DNA of 64,000 nucleotides from a virus (IMGVR_UViG_3300002835_005179:1-64000); one strand, 5' to 3'; positions 51,919-62,174 are shown, counted from the first letter of the stretch. Notes: a model not told the origin generated them from the sequence alone. Translations and numbers: made by a program.

Positions 51919-52559
51919 AGAAATCGTCTAATCTTAATAAGACGAATTAACATTTGTTCGTCTTCTTTATCATATTTAGCTTCAATCTTTGTGATTGTTT
52001 TAAACACTTGTCTTTCTTGTTTGGTTGACCGTTTTAAAGTATAATATGTTTCTCCATCACGTTGGACTTCAACAAGATCATCTCTGAGAGTTTTGCCTTT
52101 AAATACTTCATAATAATTAGCTTCAACATATGGATCTGGTCTATTTGGTCGTGTTTCTTTCCACCAAGTATAAAGATCTAGAACTTCTTTTGCTGCTTTA
52201 GCTTGATGCACTAATTCAGTTTGATTAATCTTCCAATTCAAATATTCGATACCATCTTCTGGAGAACGAAATCTTCGAAATTTCTTGTCGAACCAAGATA
52301 ATTTTGAATACTTAGATCTATCAGTCCATGTATTCATCCATGCTTTTTCGATCTCAACGAAATCAACAAGAAGATTAAAATTAACATGTAACATACGAGT
52401 GTCGGTGTCATAATAACCTGGCTCCAACCCAGTATTTACGATATGATATCTTCTACATGTTCTGAAACGAACCCAATCCAATACCAGAATATACTTATCT
52501 TTAAGCATATAAAGAATATCTTCAATCTGTTCTTTCCAATAGTTTTTGTATTTCATCAT
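51909..52559 (-). CDS. Hypothetical protein (216 aa)
   Basis: Track ORF. Confidence 0.45.
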   Translation of the reverse strand: MMKYKNYWKEQIEDILYMLKDKYILVLDWVRFRTCRRYHIVNTGLEPGYYDTDTRMLHVNFNLLVDFVEIEKAWMNTWTDRSKYSKLSWFDKKFRRFRSPEDGIEYLNWKINQTELVHQAKAAKEVLDLYTWWKETRPNRPDPYVEANYYEVFKGKTLRDDLVEVQRDGETYYTLKRSTKQERQVFKTITKIEAKYDKEDEQMLIRLIKIRRFLWT

Positions 52560-52607
52560 GAATTCCTTCTTGTGGTTTTTAGTGAATGTATTCTATAACC
52601 ACTAAAA

Positions 52608-55600
52608 TTAAAAATTTAGTCTTAGACTTAACTGTAGTTGTCTTGAAGTTCCTAGACCAACAGTTTTATCAAGTGTTGATTGTATCGTTCCAAATACAGC
52701 TCCCTTTGTTACATCATTGTAAGATTGACCGGGTTGTAGTGTATTAGACTGACCAATTCTGGATGGAATTGCATTTGGTAATTGTGCTGGAGGATTTGTA
52801 AAATTTACATTATTAAAGATGTTATATAATTCTGTTCTGAAAATTAAATTGTATTTGTCTTTAGCATAAATCTTTTTCTGAAGAGTTAGATCTGCTTGGA
52901 AAAGCATTGGACCTCTCAACGAGTATCTAGAAGCGTTTCCAAAATATCCAGGCAACGGAACTGAGAAAGCAGCAGGATTCAAGAAAATTGTTTTATCAGT
53001 ATTTTTGATATATGACGAAACTCCTAATACATAATCAGGTCTGCGGATTTGTCTTGTTTGTCCACCACCAGGAACATTAATAACAGCTACAGAATTAGAC
53101 CCTACAGAACTATTATAGTACAATCCAGATGATTTGTCAAGAAAGATTATGTCGTTTCTTACGATTAATGGATCAAGAGGAAGACCTGATCTGGTATTGA
53201 TAACAGAACCAATCTGCCACGTTTTCCATTCATACAATCCAACAATATTTAAATTGTGACGAATATCCGCTGCATTATTACCATAATCGGTTCTCCAATT
53301 GAAAGGATTTGCAACAGTTACAGTTTCATTTGAACCACCAGATGAACCGATTGATCTTCCCCATGTATATGATACACCATAAATTAGGCCGCTCTTCGTT
53401 TTTCTGTTTAGAGTTGCCTGTAAAGCATTATAATGATCATTACCACCTGATGTTTTTACATCAACTTCAGCAAATCTATCACCAAATTGTCTCTTTACAG
53501 TTCCAGTAGGAGTTACATCTGTGATTAGATTTCCAAGTGTTCTAATGAACAAATTTCTACCAAGAGAACCAACATACGCAACAGTTAAAACATTATCTTT
53601 AATTTGTTGTTGAACTGATGCTGTATATGAATAAACAGTTTCCGGAATATTATAACCCGAAGAATAAGCTCTTGGTTGAAAACGAAGATTTGGGTCATTG
53701 ATATTGTAAGAAGCAATAATAGAAGTTGGATTAATCGGATAAGTTGTATTAGTTAGAGTCTTACTAACACGATCAGATTCAAATGGTTGGATAAGATCTT
53801 CTGGTTGTCCTGGTCCAAAATAAACACCAGTTCCTACACGAAATACAGTCTTACCATTTAGAGAATTTGGACTCCATGTTCCAGATAATCTTGGCGAAAA
53901 ATTATCTTTATTTGAACGATAGACAGGAAGATTATTTGGTAAAATGTTTCCTGTTTCTGGTGACCAATTAACTAATAGATTTCTCTTTTCCTTGAAAACT
54001 GAATAGAATTCATATCTAATTCCATAATTAACAGTAAAGTTAGAAGATGCTTTCCATTCATCTTGTATATAACCAATTAAATAATTCTGAGTAATTTCTC
54101 TTTCTCCAGTTGCTCTATTATTAAATGGAGAAGGTGCAGAAAGATCACCCAAGAATTGTATTTGAAGTGGTCGATTATTAATTAGATCTTCTACGTTTGA
54201 GAAACTATAAGTTGTTCCACCAAGACGATCTGTAAATAAACGGATAAATCTTAATTCTCCACCAAACTTAAAATTATGAGAAGAATTAATCCATGAAAAA
54301 TTATCAATCAAAGTAATTGAAGTATTAGTATAAGGTTGTCCACGACCATTTGTAGCAGAATTTGATCTTACTAGACCACCAGCAGTAGCAAATCCTGTGC
54401 TTGAACCTTGTGTTGTAATACCAGATAAAGCAACGCCACCAGTTAGATTAATTGAAATATCTGCTGGATTAAAGTTATTTACAATTGGTGCAGTTCCCCA
54501 TGCTCTTGTTTTATAAGCATTTAATCCAATCTTGGTTTCATTAATCTTCTGTGGTGTGATAATCCATTGAACATTTGCTACAGCATTTTGTGGAACCGCA
54601 GTAACATCAATAGAATTTCCAGTAACACCTAGTGGTTGAATTGACTTACCACTATCTCTGAAGTAACGGAAATATCCAGAAAGATTATCTGAAATTTTTG
54701 AATCTAATCTTAGACCAAACGAATTTTCATCTACAGTCTGTTTTCTATCAATAGCAACAATAGAAGCATTCGGATCTGTTGTTGGAATATTTCCAACTGG
54801 ATAAAGTGCTAGAAGATTTCTAACTTGTGGAACTGCTCTTGCTTTTGCTGTTTCTGATGGAACAGCTTCTCTAAACGGAACCGATTGTCTCTGTCTTAGA
54901 CCTTCATATGATGCAAACCAAAAAGTCTTATCTTGCTTTACTGGACCACCAACAGAGCCACCAAATTGATTTAGACGTAAAGGATTCTTAGCAGCATCAA
55001 AGAAATTTCTAGAATCTAATACATTATTTCTAAGATATTCAAAAACACCACCATGAATCTTATTACCACCAGACTTAGTTACAATTGTGATTTGACCACC
55101 AGTTCCTGTACCATATTCTGCTGGATAATTATTAGATTCAACACGAAATTCTTGAACATTTTCCATTGAAGATTGTAATCTAAAGAATGAAGAAATCTGC
55201 CCATTTAGATTACCCGGAGAAGCATCAATAATAGAAGATCCTTCAATTCCATCATATTTAATAGCATTTTGTTGATTAGATCTACCACTAAACTTAATAT
55301 TATCAAATGTACCACCGCCAGCAGTTGAAGCACCAGGAGCTAATAGATATAACTGTGAAATTTGTCTACCATTTAGCGGAAGATTTGAAACTTCTCTTTC
55401 AGAAACATTAACACCAATCTTCGCTGAAGATGTATCGATAGTCGTAACTTCACCACCTTCAACAATAATTTCAGTCTTAATAATTTGAGGTACTAAGATG
55501 AAATTGATACCAATAGATTCATTAACCAATAATTTAATTCCTGTTTTCTGTGTATTTGCAAAACCGGGAGCAGAAGCTTTTACATTATAAGATGAAGCAG

Positions 55601-55793
55601 GTAGATTTGTGATAATGTATTCACCAACTTCATTTGTTACCACTTCTCTTACAGATCCAGTTTTTTCATTCTGAATCTTAACAGTTGCACCAATAATTAC
55701 TTCTTCATTCTTGTCAAAAATCTTTCCTCTAATCGAAGCTTCTTGACAAAATAAGCTAGTCGTTAATAAAAATAAACTTAATAAATATTTCAT
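52608..55793 (-). CDS. TonB-dependent-receptor-like (Oar-type) outer-membrane beta-barrel protein with an N-terminal carboxypeptidase-regulatory-like domain
   Basis: Signal peptide MKYLLSLFLLTTSLFCQEA. CarboxypepD_reg-like segment (IRGKIFD..GATVKI..TNEVGEYIITNLP..Y.V). Plug-like segment (LPLNGRQISQLYLLAPGA..IKFSGRS). Long alternating beta-strand region ending in the OMP signature LSLRLNF. Confidence 0.8.
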   Translation of the reverse strand: MKYLLSLFLLTTSLFCQEASIRGKIFDKNEEVIIGATVKIQNEKTGSVREVVTNEVGEYIITNLPASSYNVKASAPGFANTQKTGIKLLVNESIGINFILVPQIIKTEIIVEGGEVTTIDTSSAKIGVNVSEREVSNLPLNGRQISQLYLLAPGASTAGGGTFDNIKFSGRSNQQNAIKYDGIEGSSIIDASPGNLNGQISSFFRLQSSMENVQEFRVESNNYPAEYGTGTGGQITIVTKSGGNKIHGGVFEYLRNNVLDSRNFFDAAKNPLRLNQFGGSVGGPVKQDKTFWFASYEGLRQRQSVPFREAVPSETAKARAVPQVRNLLALYPVGNIPTTDPNASIVAIDRKQTVDENSFGLRLDSKISDNLSGYFRYFRDSGKSIQPLGVTGNSIDVTAVPQNAVANVQWIITPQKINETKIGLNAYKTRAWGTAPIVNNFNPADISINLTGGVALSGITTQGSSTGFATAGGLVRSNSATNGRGQPYTNTSITLIDNFSWINSSHNFKFGGELRFIRLFTDRLGGTTYSFSNVEDLINNRPLQIQFLGDLSAPSPFNNRATGEREITQNYLIGYIQDEWKASSNFTVNYGIRYEFYSVFKEKRNLLVNWSPETGNILPNNLPVYRSNKDNFSPRLSGTWSPNSLNGKTVFRVGTGVYFGPGQPEDLIQPFESDRVSKTLTNTTYPINPTSIIASYNINDPNLRFQPRAYSSGYNIPETVYSYTASVQQQIKDNVLTVAYVGSLGRNLFIRTLGNLITDVTPTGTVKRQFGDRFAEVDVKTSGGNDHYNALQATLNRKTKSGLIYGVSYTWGRSIGSSGGSNETVTVANPFNWRTDYGNNAADIRHNLNIVGLYEWKTWQIGSVINTRSGLPLDPLIVRNDIIFLDKSSGLYYNSSVGSNSVAVINVPGGGQTRQIRRPDYVLGVSSYIKNTDKTIFLNPAAFSVPLPGYFGNASRYSLRGPMLFQADLTLQKKIYAKDKYNLIFRTELYNIFNNVNFTNPPAQLPNAIPSRIGQSNTLQPGQSYNDVTKGAVFGTIQSTLDKTVGLGTSRQLQLSLRLNF

Positions 55794-55841
55794 ACATTCC
55801 TTTATTACTATTTGGTTACTTTTCTTTCATTTAAAACACGT

Positions 55842-55863
55842 GAACGGCAATTAATTGCCGTTC
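55842..55863 (-). terminator. Perfect 22-nt palindromic hairpin (terminator/attenuator candidate)
   Basis: GAACGGCAATT|AATTGCCGTTC lies between the thioredoxin and OMP genes. T-rich sequence follows on the plus strand and GTTTT follows on the minus strand. Confidence 0.45.
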
Positions 55864-55909
55864 ATTTTATTTATGTAATTCGTACAACATCTGATATTTC
55901 TAACATCAT

Positions 55910-56176
55910 CTAAGACAACTCATCAATTACATCTTGAATATATTTCTTAGTCTTAGAACCAACAAATCTGAAGATCTCTTCGTTACGATGATTCACGAAT
56001 ACCACTGTTGGTAGTGATTTAATCTTATATTCGATAGCAGCATTCCCATCTTCTTCAGAATCTACATCCTTCACAACAAATTCATGACTAGGATTCGATA
56101 CCTTCAATTCTTCTATGATTGGCTCTAGAGCCACACAAGCGGAACACCATTCTGCCCCAAATTTAATTATTTGCAT
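55910..56176 (-). CDS. trx: Thioredoxin
   Basis: Active site WCSAC and a thioredoxin-length ORF (88 aa). Confidence 0.8.
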   Translation of the reverse strand: MQIIKFGAEWCSACVALEPIIEELKVSNPSHEFVVKDVDSEEDGNAAIEYKIKSLPTVVFVNHRNEEIFRFVGSKTKKYIQDVIDELS

Positions 56177-56213
56177 ATTAACCTTTCAAGATTAGGGGAG
56201 TTTCCTCCCCTCA

Positions 56214-56642
56214 TTATAATTCTTTGATATTGAATTTCTTCGGCTTCTTCGATTCAGGAAGAACCAATTCAAGATCAATACTCAACATACCATTTTTATA
56301 ATCAACATCTGTTACTTCGACATATTCACCTAGAGTGAATGATCTAATAAATTCTCTTTCAGCAATTCCCTTATGAACATAAGTCACACCTTCAGGAAGA
56401 GGCTTTGGTTCTGCCTTTCCTTTAACGTGCAATTGATTGTCTTCTACTGTTACTTCCAAATCTTCTGGCGCAAATCCAGCTACAGCAAAAGTGATATTGA
56501 ACTTAGAATCTTCACTCTTTGTTAGATTGTATGGAGGATAAGTGCCTGATTGTTTGGCTTGTTCATTCCAGAAAGAAGTCACGTTATCATAATTGAATAG
56601 TGGAAAAGATAGTGGATCTAATGTAATGCGTCTGTAAGTCAT
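56214..56642 (-). CDS. Small heat-shock protein (Hsp20/IbpA-like)
   Basis: PPYNL..FNITFAVAGFAPEDLEVTVEDNQLHVKG..ERSF pattern of the alpha-crystallin domain. Confidence 0.85.
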   Translation of the reverse strand: MTYRRITLDPLSFPLFNYDNVTSFWNEQAKQSGTYPPYNLTKSEDSKFNITFAVAGFAPEDLEVTVEDNQLHVKGKAEPKPLPEGVTYVHKGIAEREFIRSFTLGEYVEVTDVDYKNGMLSIDLELVLPESKKPKKFNIKEL

Positions 56643-56721
56643 TGTTTTTCTCCTAGTTAAAGCGAGTAAGTTGTGAGAATCCGATAGGCATTCTCAATAC
56701 TATTTATTATACTAAAAATTT

Positions 56722-56931
56722 CTATCCATTCAAAATCCGTTTATCGGAGAAATATTGAATATTTGGTGTTGTTTGTGGGTATGTATTTGTAATTGTTGGA
56801 TATTGATTTGGATAATAATTCCAATAGTTTTTTTGTTTAGTAGAAATCTTTATCGTTCCTTCTGATTCTAATGTAACTTCTACTCCATCATCAATATGAA
56901 GTTCTATGTCATTTATCTTGATTTTTTTCAT
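56722..56931 (-). CDS. Hypothetical protein (69 aa)
   Basis: Track ORF. Confidence 0.4.
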   Translation of the reverse strand: MKKIKINDIELHIDDGVEVTLESEGTIKISTKQKNYWNYYPNQYPTITNTYPQTTPNIQYFSDKRILNG

Positions 56932-56940
56932 AATACTCCT

Positions 56941-56970
56941 ATAATGAAAATGGGAGGAACGAGTCCTCCC
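56941..56970 (-). terminator. Rho-independent terminator
   Basis: Minus strand reads GGGAGGA-ctcgt-TCCTCCC followed by ATTTTCATT. Confidence 0.65.
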
Positions 56971-56991
56971 ACCATTTTAATTGTTTTTGTT

Positions 56992-57711
56992 TTAAGCGTC
57001 TGGGAAGATAGTATCTTCTGCGTCGCCCATTGTTGCAGCAGGAACACTCATAGCAACTAGAGTTTCATATAACTTGCGATTATATCTTCCACCCATAATA
57101 ACAGTTCCAACTACACCAGTTGCTCCAGTAGAACCAATGGTAACAGTTGGGGCGGAAGTTGTATAAGACCCTCCGTTAGTTACTGTTACACTAGTTACTG
57201 CTCCAGCAGCTGAAACAACTGCAACACCAGATGCTCCACCTGTAGAGAAAACGACTGGTGGAGGTGCAGCAGGATTATATCCAGTCGCTCCTGTTGTATT
57301 TAAATTAATTTCTTTAACATAACCAGCACCTTGTACTACTTTAACCCAACCAGCATGTGCTGGACCTGGATTAATTAGAGCTCCTGTTGGACCAGTAGCA
57401 CCCATTTCTTTTGTATCTACACCAAAAGTTTGAGTTTTCTTTTCTGTTTCAGAAAGATATTTTGGCATCTCAGAAACGAAGAATCCTGTTGATCCTGATG
57501 CTAGATAGATTGAACTTTCTAATGTGATTGATGTATTGGAATTAACTGTAACGACTGCAGCTTTCTGTGTTCCTGATGCAAATAGATCGCCATTCTCAAC
57601 TTCTGTTAAGAATGTTGTATCAACACCAGTAACAGTTACTCCAGTTGCGCCGCCAGTATTTACTGATGTTCCAGACAGGAATTTAACTTCTTTATTTCCC
57701 CAAAGTGACAT
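56992..57711 (-). CDS. Structural-type protein (239 aa) with GATG tracts and a GSYTTSAPTV domain
   Basis: VTSVTVTNGGSYTTSAPTVTIGSTGATG parallels the insertion in the sheath protein. Confidence 0.5.
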   Translation of the reverse strand: MSLWGNKEVKFLSGTSVNTGGATGVTVTGVDTTFLTEVENGDLFASGTQKAAVVTVNSNTSITLESSIYLASGSTGFFVSEMPKYLSETEKKTQTFGVDTKEMGATGPTGALINPGPAHAGWVKVVQGAGYVKEINLNTTGATGYNPAAPPPVVFSTGGASGVAVVSAAGAVTSVTVTNGGSYTTSAPTVTIGSTGATGVVGTVIMGGRYNRKLYETLVAMSVPAATMGDAEDTIFPDA

Positions 57712-57776
57712 GTATTTCTCCTTGATCCTTATAGCTATAATTGTAGGATATATATCTATTTATTAAAATTTGATAT

Positions 57777-58172
57777 TCAACCAAGGAGTTTCTTAATCCA
57801 TCCAAATCTCTTATAATCGTATGTTTTTAGACATTCCATACAATGTCGTCCTAATAATTTGGGATGAAATTTCTTTGGAACAGTTTGAATTCCACATATC
57901 CAAGCATCTTTCTCAGTATGCCAACATTTTCCTTCTTGAAAGAGAATTACGTGACCTATCTCATGTATTAACATGGACGTCATCTTTTCCCAATCCATAT
58001 TAGATTTATCTGCATAAAGAATAATATATCCATCCGAACCAGCTACACCATTTACGATTCTATCTTCTGTTTTTGTTTTTGCGTGTTCGTAATATGATGT
58101 GTCTATCTGGATAGATATATCTTCTTTATCGGTTATCCAATCAACTAATTCCTGGAATATCTTTTTCTTCAT
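57777..58172 (-). CDS. Small HExxH metallopeptidase-like protein
   Basis: MLIHEIGHVILF..HTEKDAW is a paralogue of ORF 41705. Confidence 0.55.
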   Translation of the reverse strand: MKKKIFQELVDWITDKEDISIQIDTSYYEHAKTKTEDRIVNGVAGSDGYIILYADKSNMDWEKMTSMLIHEIGHVILFQEGKCWHTEKDAWICGIQTVPKKFHPKLLGRHCMECLKTYDYKRFGWIKKLLG

Positions 58173-59176
58173 GAAAATATATTATTATATTGTCTTCGTA
58201 CCTTAATGAATTTTTGTTTGCCAATGAACTCCGTTAGATTTGATGCACCAACATATGTACAAGCTGACCTCAATCCACCAAGAATATCAAGAACGGTTTC
58301 TTCTAGAGGTTTAGTGTGTTTATATAGATCTACTCGTTTCCCTTCAGAAGTTTTGTAATTTGAAACGCCACCAGAATACTTATCCATAGCATCTTTCGAT
58401 GACATACCATAGAATGTAGTTCCAGTTTCATTATGACCAGCAAACATTCCACCTAACATAACAAATCTAGCTCCGGCTCCAAAAGCTTTTGCAACATCTC
58501 CTGGAGATGTGCATCCACCATCAGATACAACATCATACACATCATTAAGATTCAGTAGAGCCGAGAATTGTGGAACCCCAATTCCTGTTTTAATTCTTGT
58601 AGTACATACAGATCCAGATCCAATACCAAATTTAATGAAGTCGGCTCCAACACTAACCAACGACTGGCATCCTCTATTAGTAACAACGTTCCCGGCCATA
58701 ATGAATTTATCTGAAAATCTTCTTCTAAATTTAGAAACACATTCATGAAATGCTTGTGTATATCCATTTGCAACATCTAAACAGATAAATTTAATTTTCG
58801 GATCATATTCCAAGATCTCAGATATATTCTGTAATTCTTTTTCTGAAATCCCGGCAGAGATACCGATATACTCTGAATCGTATTCGTGCTTCTTGAAATC
58901 TTCGACAGTATAAAACTTATGAAGTATTGTCAACATCTTAAATTTTGATAAGACACGTTCTACTTCAAAAGTTCCAATAACATCCATGTTAGATGCACAA
59001 ATAGGAATTCCGGACCAAACCAAATTACCATTAGTATATCTTACTTCTAGATTCACATCCGATCTAGAATTAACTTTTGTGAGTGTATTATTAGGACGAA
59101 TCAGAACGTCACAGAAATCTAGATATTCTTCTAATTCTTCCGTCTTACTTGCATAATGAGATTCTTCACCTATCAT
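58169..59176 (-). CDS. guaC: GMP reductase (GuaC)
   Basis: GIGSGSVCTTRIKTGIGVPQ and VSDGGCTSPGDVAKAFGAGARFVMLGGMFAGH closely parallel GuaC. Length is 335 aa. Confidence 0.85.
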   Translation of the reverse strand: MIGEESHYASKTEELEEYLDFCDVLIRPNNTLTKVNSRSDVNLEVRYTNGNLVWSGIPICASNMDVIGTFEVERVLSKFKMLTILHKFYTVEDFKKHEYDSEYIGISAGISEKELQNISEILEYDPKIKFICLDVANGYTQAFHECVSKFRRRFSDKFIMAGNVVTNRGCQSLVSVGADFIKFGIGSGSVCTTRIKTGIGVPQFSALLNLNDVYDVVSDGGCTSPGDVAKAFGAGARFVMLGGMFAGHNETGTTFYGMSSKDAMDKYSGGVSNYKTSEGKRVDLYKHTKPLEETVLDILGGLRSACTYVGASNLTEFIGKQKFIKVRRQYNNIFS

Positions 59177-59682
59177 TTTCCGGTACTCCCAATTCCACCA
59201 ATTCTATCTGTAATTTGCTCAGGCTTGTTATAAGTTTGCGATAGACAATAATTTTCCATCTTCAATAATTCACCCTGAGCAATTCTATCACCATTCTTTA
59301 AATTAACCGTTTGTGTAGAAGTATTTACCAGCATAATAAAGGTTTCGTGGAAATAATCTTGATCTACAACTCCTTCAGAATTGGCCAAGAATAAACCTTG
59401 TTTGAATGCCACAGAAGAACGAATATGAATTCGTAATGAGTAATCTTCTGGAATCTTGAAGATCAAGCCTGTTGGGATTAACATTCTATCGCCAGGTTTA
59501 ATGAGAACGGAATCTTCATGAATGCCGACTAAGATCTCTTTATTTCCTGGAGTATAACATTTAATTTTATTGCCTGTTTTGATCCATGCATGAATGTCGA
59601 AACAAGCTGATGATAAAGTTGCAAATCTAGGTTCTAGAACTTCTTCTGCCACTTTCCAATATTCTAATGATAAATTACTCAT
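59173..59682 (-). CDS. dut: dUTP diphosphatase (trimeric dUTPase)
   Basis: Five dUTPase motifs are recognisable, including GVVDQDY, GDRIAQG and RIGGIGSTGK. Confidence 0.8.
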   Translation of the reverse strand: MSNLSLEYWKVAEEVLEPRFATLSSACFDIHAWIKTGNKIKCYTPGNKEILVGIHEDSVLIKPGDRMLIPTGLIFKIPEDYSLRIHIRSSVAFKQGLFLANSEGVVDQDYFHETFIMLVNTSTQTVNLKNGDRIAQGELLKMENYCLSQTYNKPEQITDRIGGIGSTGK

Positions 59683-59683
59683 A

Positions 59684-59878
59684 TTATTCTACCTTATGTT
59701 GTTCAACTCTTCCCTTCAATAATCCAACTAGCGCCCCCAGAATAAAAATAACTTGCGAATCTGCATCCTTGAAACCGATGTGCTTCAAACACGCAACGAC
59801 ACCAATAAGGAAGATCAATATAACTATTGATCCCCCCTCGGTCTCGAGCGATCTTAAAAATTTCACCCAATAATCCAT
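59684..59878 (-). CDS. Small two-TM membrane protein (64 aa)
   Basis: Start set at MDYW (59878). Hydrophobic segments are SIVILIFLIGVVACL and VIFILGALVGLL. Confidence 0.4.
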   Translation of the reverse strand: MDYWVKFLRSLETEGGSIVILIFLIGVVACLKHIGFKDADSQVIFILGALVGLLKGRVEQHKVE

Positions 59879-59891
59879 TATTGTTTTCTTT

Positions 59892-60260
59892 TTAATTTTT
59901 CGTTGTTTGTTCTTGTTTGTATTTGGCATATGCTAATTCTACAGCTGTATTAGCAAGATAGTCAGACACAGGATCAGGATTTGAAGCAACAATAACTTTC
60001 TTTGCTAAATCTCTTAGGGCAATAGATTTATCCATACCAGGAGTAAATAGACCTGCAAATCCTAGTCTCTCATAAGCTTCTAGAATCTTATCATCAGTCT
60101 TTGTTGGCGTAAGAAGTGCAATCTTCTTGACTACTGGTAGGGCTTTGTTAACGAGTGGCGATAATTGTTCTAGTAATGCAATAAAATCATTTGCATTTTG
60201 ACCGAACAATTTCGTAAAGAAATTCTTAACTGTATTAAATAAATTTTTCAACCAATTCAT
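59892..60260 (-). CDS. Hypothetical protein (122 aa)
   Basis: Track ORF. Confidence 0.45.
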   Translation of the reverse strand: MNWLKNLFNTVKNFFTKLFGQNANDFIALLEQLSPLVNKALPVVKKIALLTPTKTDDKILEAYERLGFAGLFTPGMDKSIALRDLAKKVIVASNPDPVSDYLANTAVELAYAKYKQEQTTKN

Positions 60261-60280
60261 ATATTAACTCCTATATCTAT

Positions 60281-60988
60281 TTATCTGCGTGTTACATTGT
60301 AATAAACTAATGTTGCGTTTGCACCTATACCAAGTATTCTATCATACCATTTTGGTTTAGTCAATCTATCGATATTGTTCGTAATTTTTGTTACGTTATC
60401 AAGAATCACGGGAACTCCATTTGCAAACGAAGTAGAAACTTTATTAATCTCGTTAGTTATTTTTGGAACTTCTTTATTAAATGTTAAGAAAGAATTAGAT
60501 CCGGATCTTGCCATATTTCTTGTGTCTATCAATACATCTGTAAAAAGATTTGGCCAACAAGAATCATTATATACGCAATTCATTCGTTCATTAATCGGCG
60601 TTATTGTATTTGTGAAATCTCTTGGTATGGTTCTATAATCTCTGGAGAGTGCTATAGATTCGTCTGTTATACGATCTAAATTTGTATTCAATTTTTCGAC
60701 TGATGCGAAAGTTTTTGATTCTATATTCTCTATTCTAGAGAATAGATTCTTTTCTATAGAAATAATTCTGTTATCTATTTTAGATAGAGCAGTGTTTGTT
60801 GTTTTTGTAAAATCTTGTCTTACTAATGAGATCTCTGTAAGTAATTTAGTATGCGTCTGGTTAAAGTCTTTAGCAATAGAATCTAGCGTCTTGTTTATAT
60901 TGACCAAGAATATGACAGAATATATAAAGAAACAAGCAATACTTAGATTCTTAATGATACCAGATATTTTATCTATTCGTTCAAACAT
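60281..60988 (-). CDS. Membrane-anchored hypothetical protein (235 aa)
   Basis: N-terminal TM segment LSIACFFIYSVIFLV followed by a helical region. Confidence 0.45.
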   Translation of the reverse strand: MFERIDKISGIIKNLSIACFFIYSVIFLVNINKTLDSIAKDFNQTHTKLLTEISLVRQDFTKTTNTALSKIDNRIISIEKNLFSRIENIESKTFASVEKLNTNLDRITDESIALSRDYRTIPRDFTNTITPINERMNCVYNDSCWPNLFTDVLIDTRNMARSGSNSFLTFNKEVPKITNEINKVSTSFANGVPVILDNVTKITNNIDRLTKPKWYDRILGIGANATLVYYNVTRR

Positions 60989-61260
60989 TTCTTAACATCT
61001 TCTCTGTTTATTGGCAACACAAATTTACTAGTTAATTCAGCATTAATATATACATGCACTAGTGGTGTTGTTCTAATTCTATATTTCGCATAAGATTCCA
61101 AATACTCTTCCGTATCAAGAACACGAATTTCATGACCCAAATCTTTTAATACAGAAAATAATGTCTTTGTCAAAATAGAAGATGTGTCACCAAATATAAT
61201 AATACACTTTTTATTTTGTTCTACAAAATTATCTATGTCAGTTAATTGGAGTTTTGTCAT
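60973..61260 (-). CDS. Thioredoxin-fold-like small protein without CxxC (95 aa)
   Basis: Pattern CIIIFGD..TTPLVHVY. Weak assignment. Confidence 0.35.
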   Translation of the reverse strand: MTKLQLTDIDNFVEQNKKCIIIFGDTSSILTKTLFSVLKDLGHEIRVLDTEEYLESYAKYRIRTTPLVHVYINAELTSKFVLPINREDVKKCLNE

Positions 61261-61525
61261 GTATTTCCATCGAGTACATTTGATTTAATGCAATCATCTC
61301 GTTACCATGTCTGATAATTTCTTCCATATTCAGCAATTCGATATTTAGTGAATTACCAATTACTTCTGTTGTATTCCAGAGATAATCCAAATTCATTTCC
61401 AATAAACCATCTTGGCTCGGAAACAACCCCAATTTCAACAGATACATTTGTAATGCTACAAGAAAATATCTTTGAGACTCAAGGACTTCTTTAAGTTCAG
61501 TTTTTTTCATAATAGATTTGTGCAT
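61238..61525 (-). CDS. Hypothetical protein (95 aa)
   Basis: Track ORF. The start is uncertain because it overlaps the upstream gene by 29 nt. Confidence 0.35.
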   Translation of the reverse strand: MHKSIMKKTELKEVLESQRYFLVALQMYLLKLGLFPSQDGLLEMNLDYLWNTTEVIGNSLNIELLNMEEIIRHGNEMIALNQMYSMEIHDKTPIN

Positions 61526-61910
61526 TCCGTTTCTGTTCTAAGAACTGTTGTTTTCTGGCCTCACTGAAACCTTCTAAGAAGGCTTGGGTTTCTTCATCAG
61601 ACATAGATGAAATTTTATGTAGAATGTCGTACGATAGTATACACGATTCTATGAACACACCAAAATATTCTCTATATTCAAATAATTTCATCAAATTAAA
61701 AACAAAAAATATAACTGGCACAATATACCAAACGACATTATCTGGTTTCGAGATAAACAAATAACTAATAAATGCCATCGAAACAATGAATAAACCGATC
61801 CGAACGGCAAACGAAATTGACATAATCATCTTAAAAGATGCAGGATCTTCTAAGATCGTTTGCATTAAAGATGGTGAGTATTTGGAATCAGTGATTGTTT
61901 TGAGTAACAT
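61497..61910 (-). CDS. Membrane protein (137 aa)
   Basis: Two or three hydrophobic segments. Confidence 0.45.
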   Translation of the reverse strand: MLLKTITDSKYSPSLMQTILEDPASFKMIMSISFAVRIGLFIVSMAFISYLFISKPDNVVWYIVPVIFFVFNLMKLFEYREYFGVFIESCILSYDILHKISSMSDEETQAFLEGFSEARKQQFLEQKRNAQIYYEKN

Positions 61911-61944
61911 AAGATATTGATTGTGGGGTCACGCCCCACAATAT

Positions 61945-62160
61945 TTATAGTGTGTAATAAATTTCGACTGAACCATTACGATTCTTCTTGGCTTCAGTTC
62001 GAATCTTAAAACCTTCCTTGCGAAGACTCGATACTACAGCTCGGGCATTTGCAATACCAAGATCACGTTGGGCCTGTCGAGCCGTTAGTTGATTACGATT
62101 CTTTCGTGAGAGTACATGTAGTACACGTTCCTTTTGAGTCATATCAGTTAATCGTTCCAT
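61945..62160 (-). CDS. Small winged-helix/HTH-like DNA-binding protein (71 aa)
   Basis: LTARQAQRDLGIANARAVVSSLRKEGF pattern. GC-richer than its neighbours. Confidence 0.45.
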   Translation of the reverse strand: MERLTDMTQKERVLHVLSRKNRNQLTARQAQRDLGIANARAVVSSLRKEGFKIRTEAKKNRNGSVEIYYTL

Positions 62161-62174
62161 TCATTTCTCCTAAT

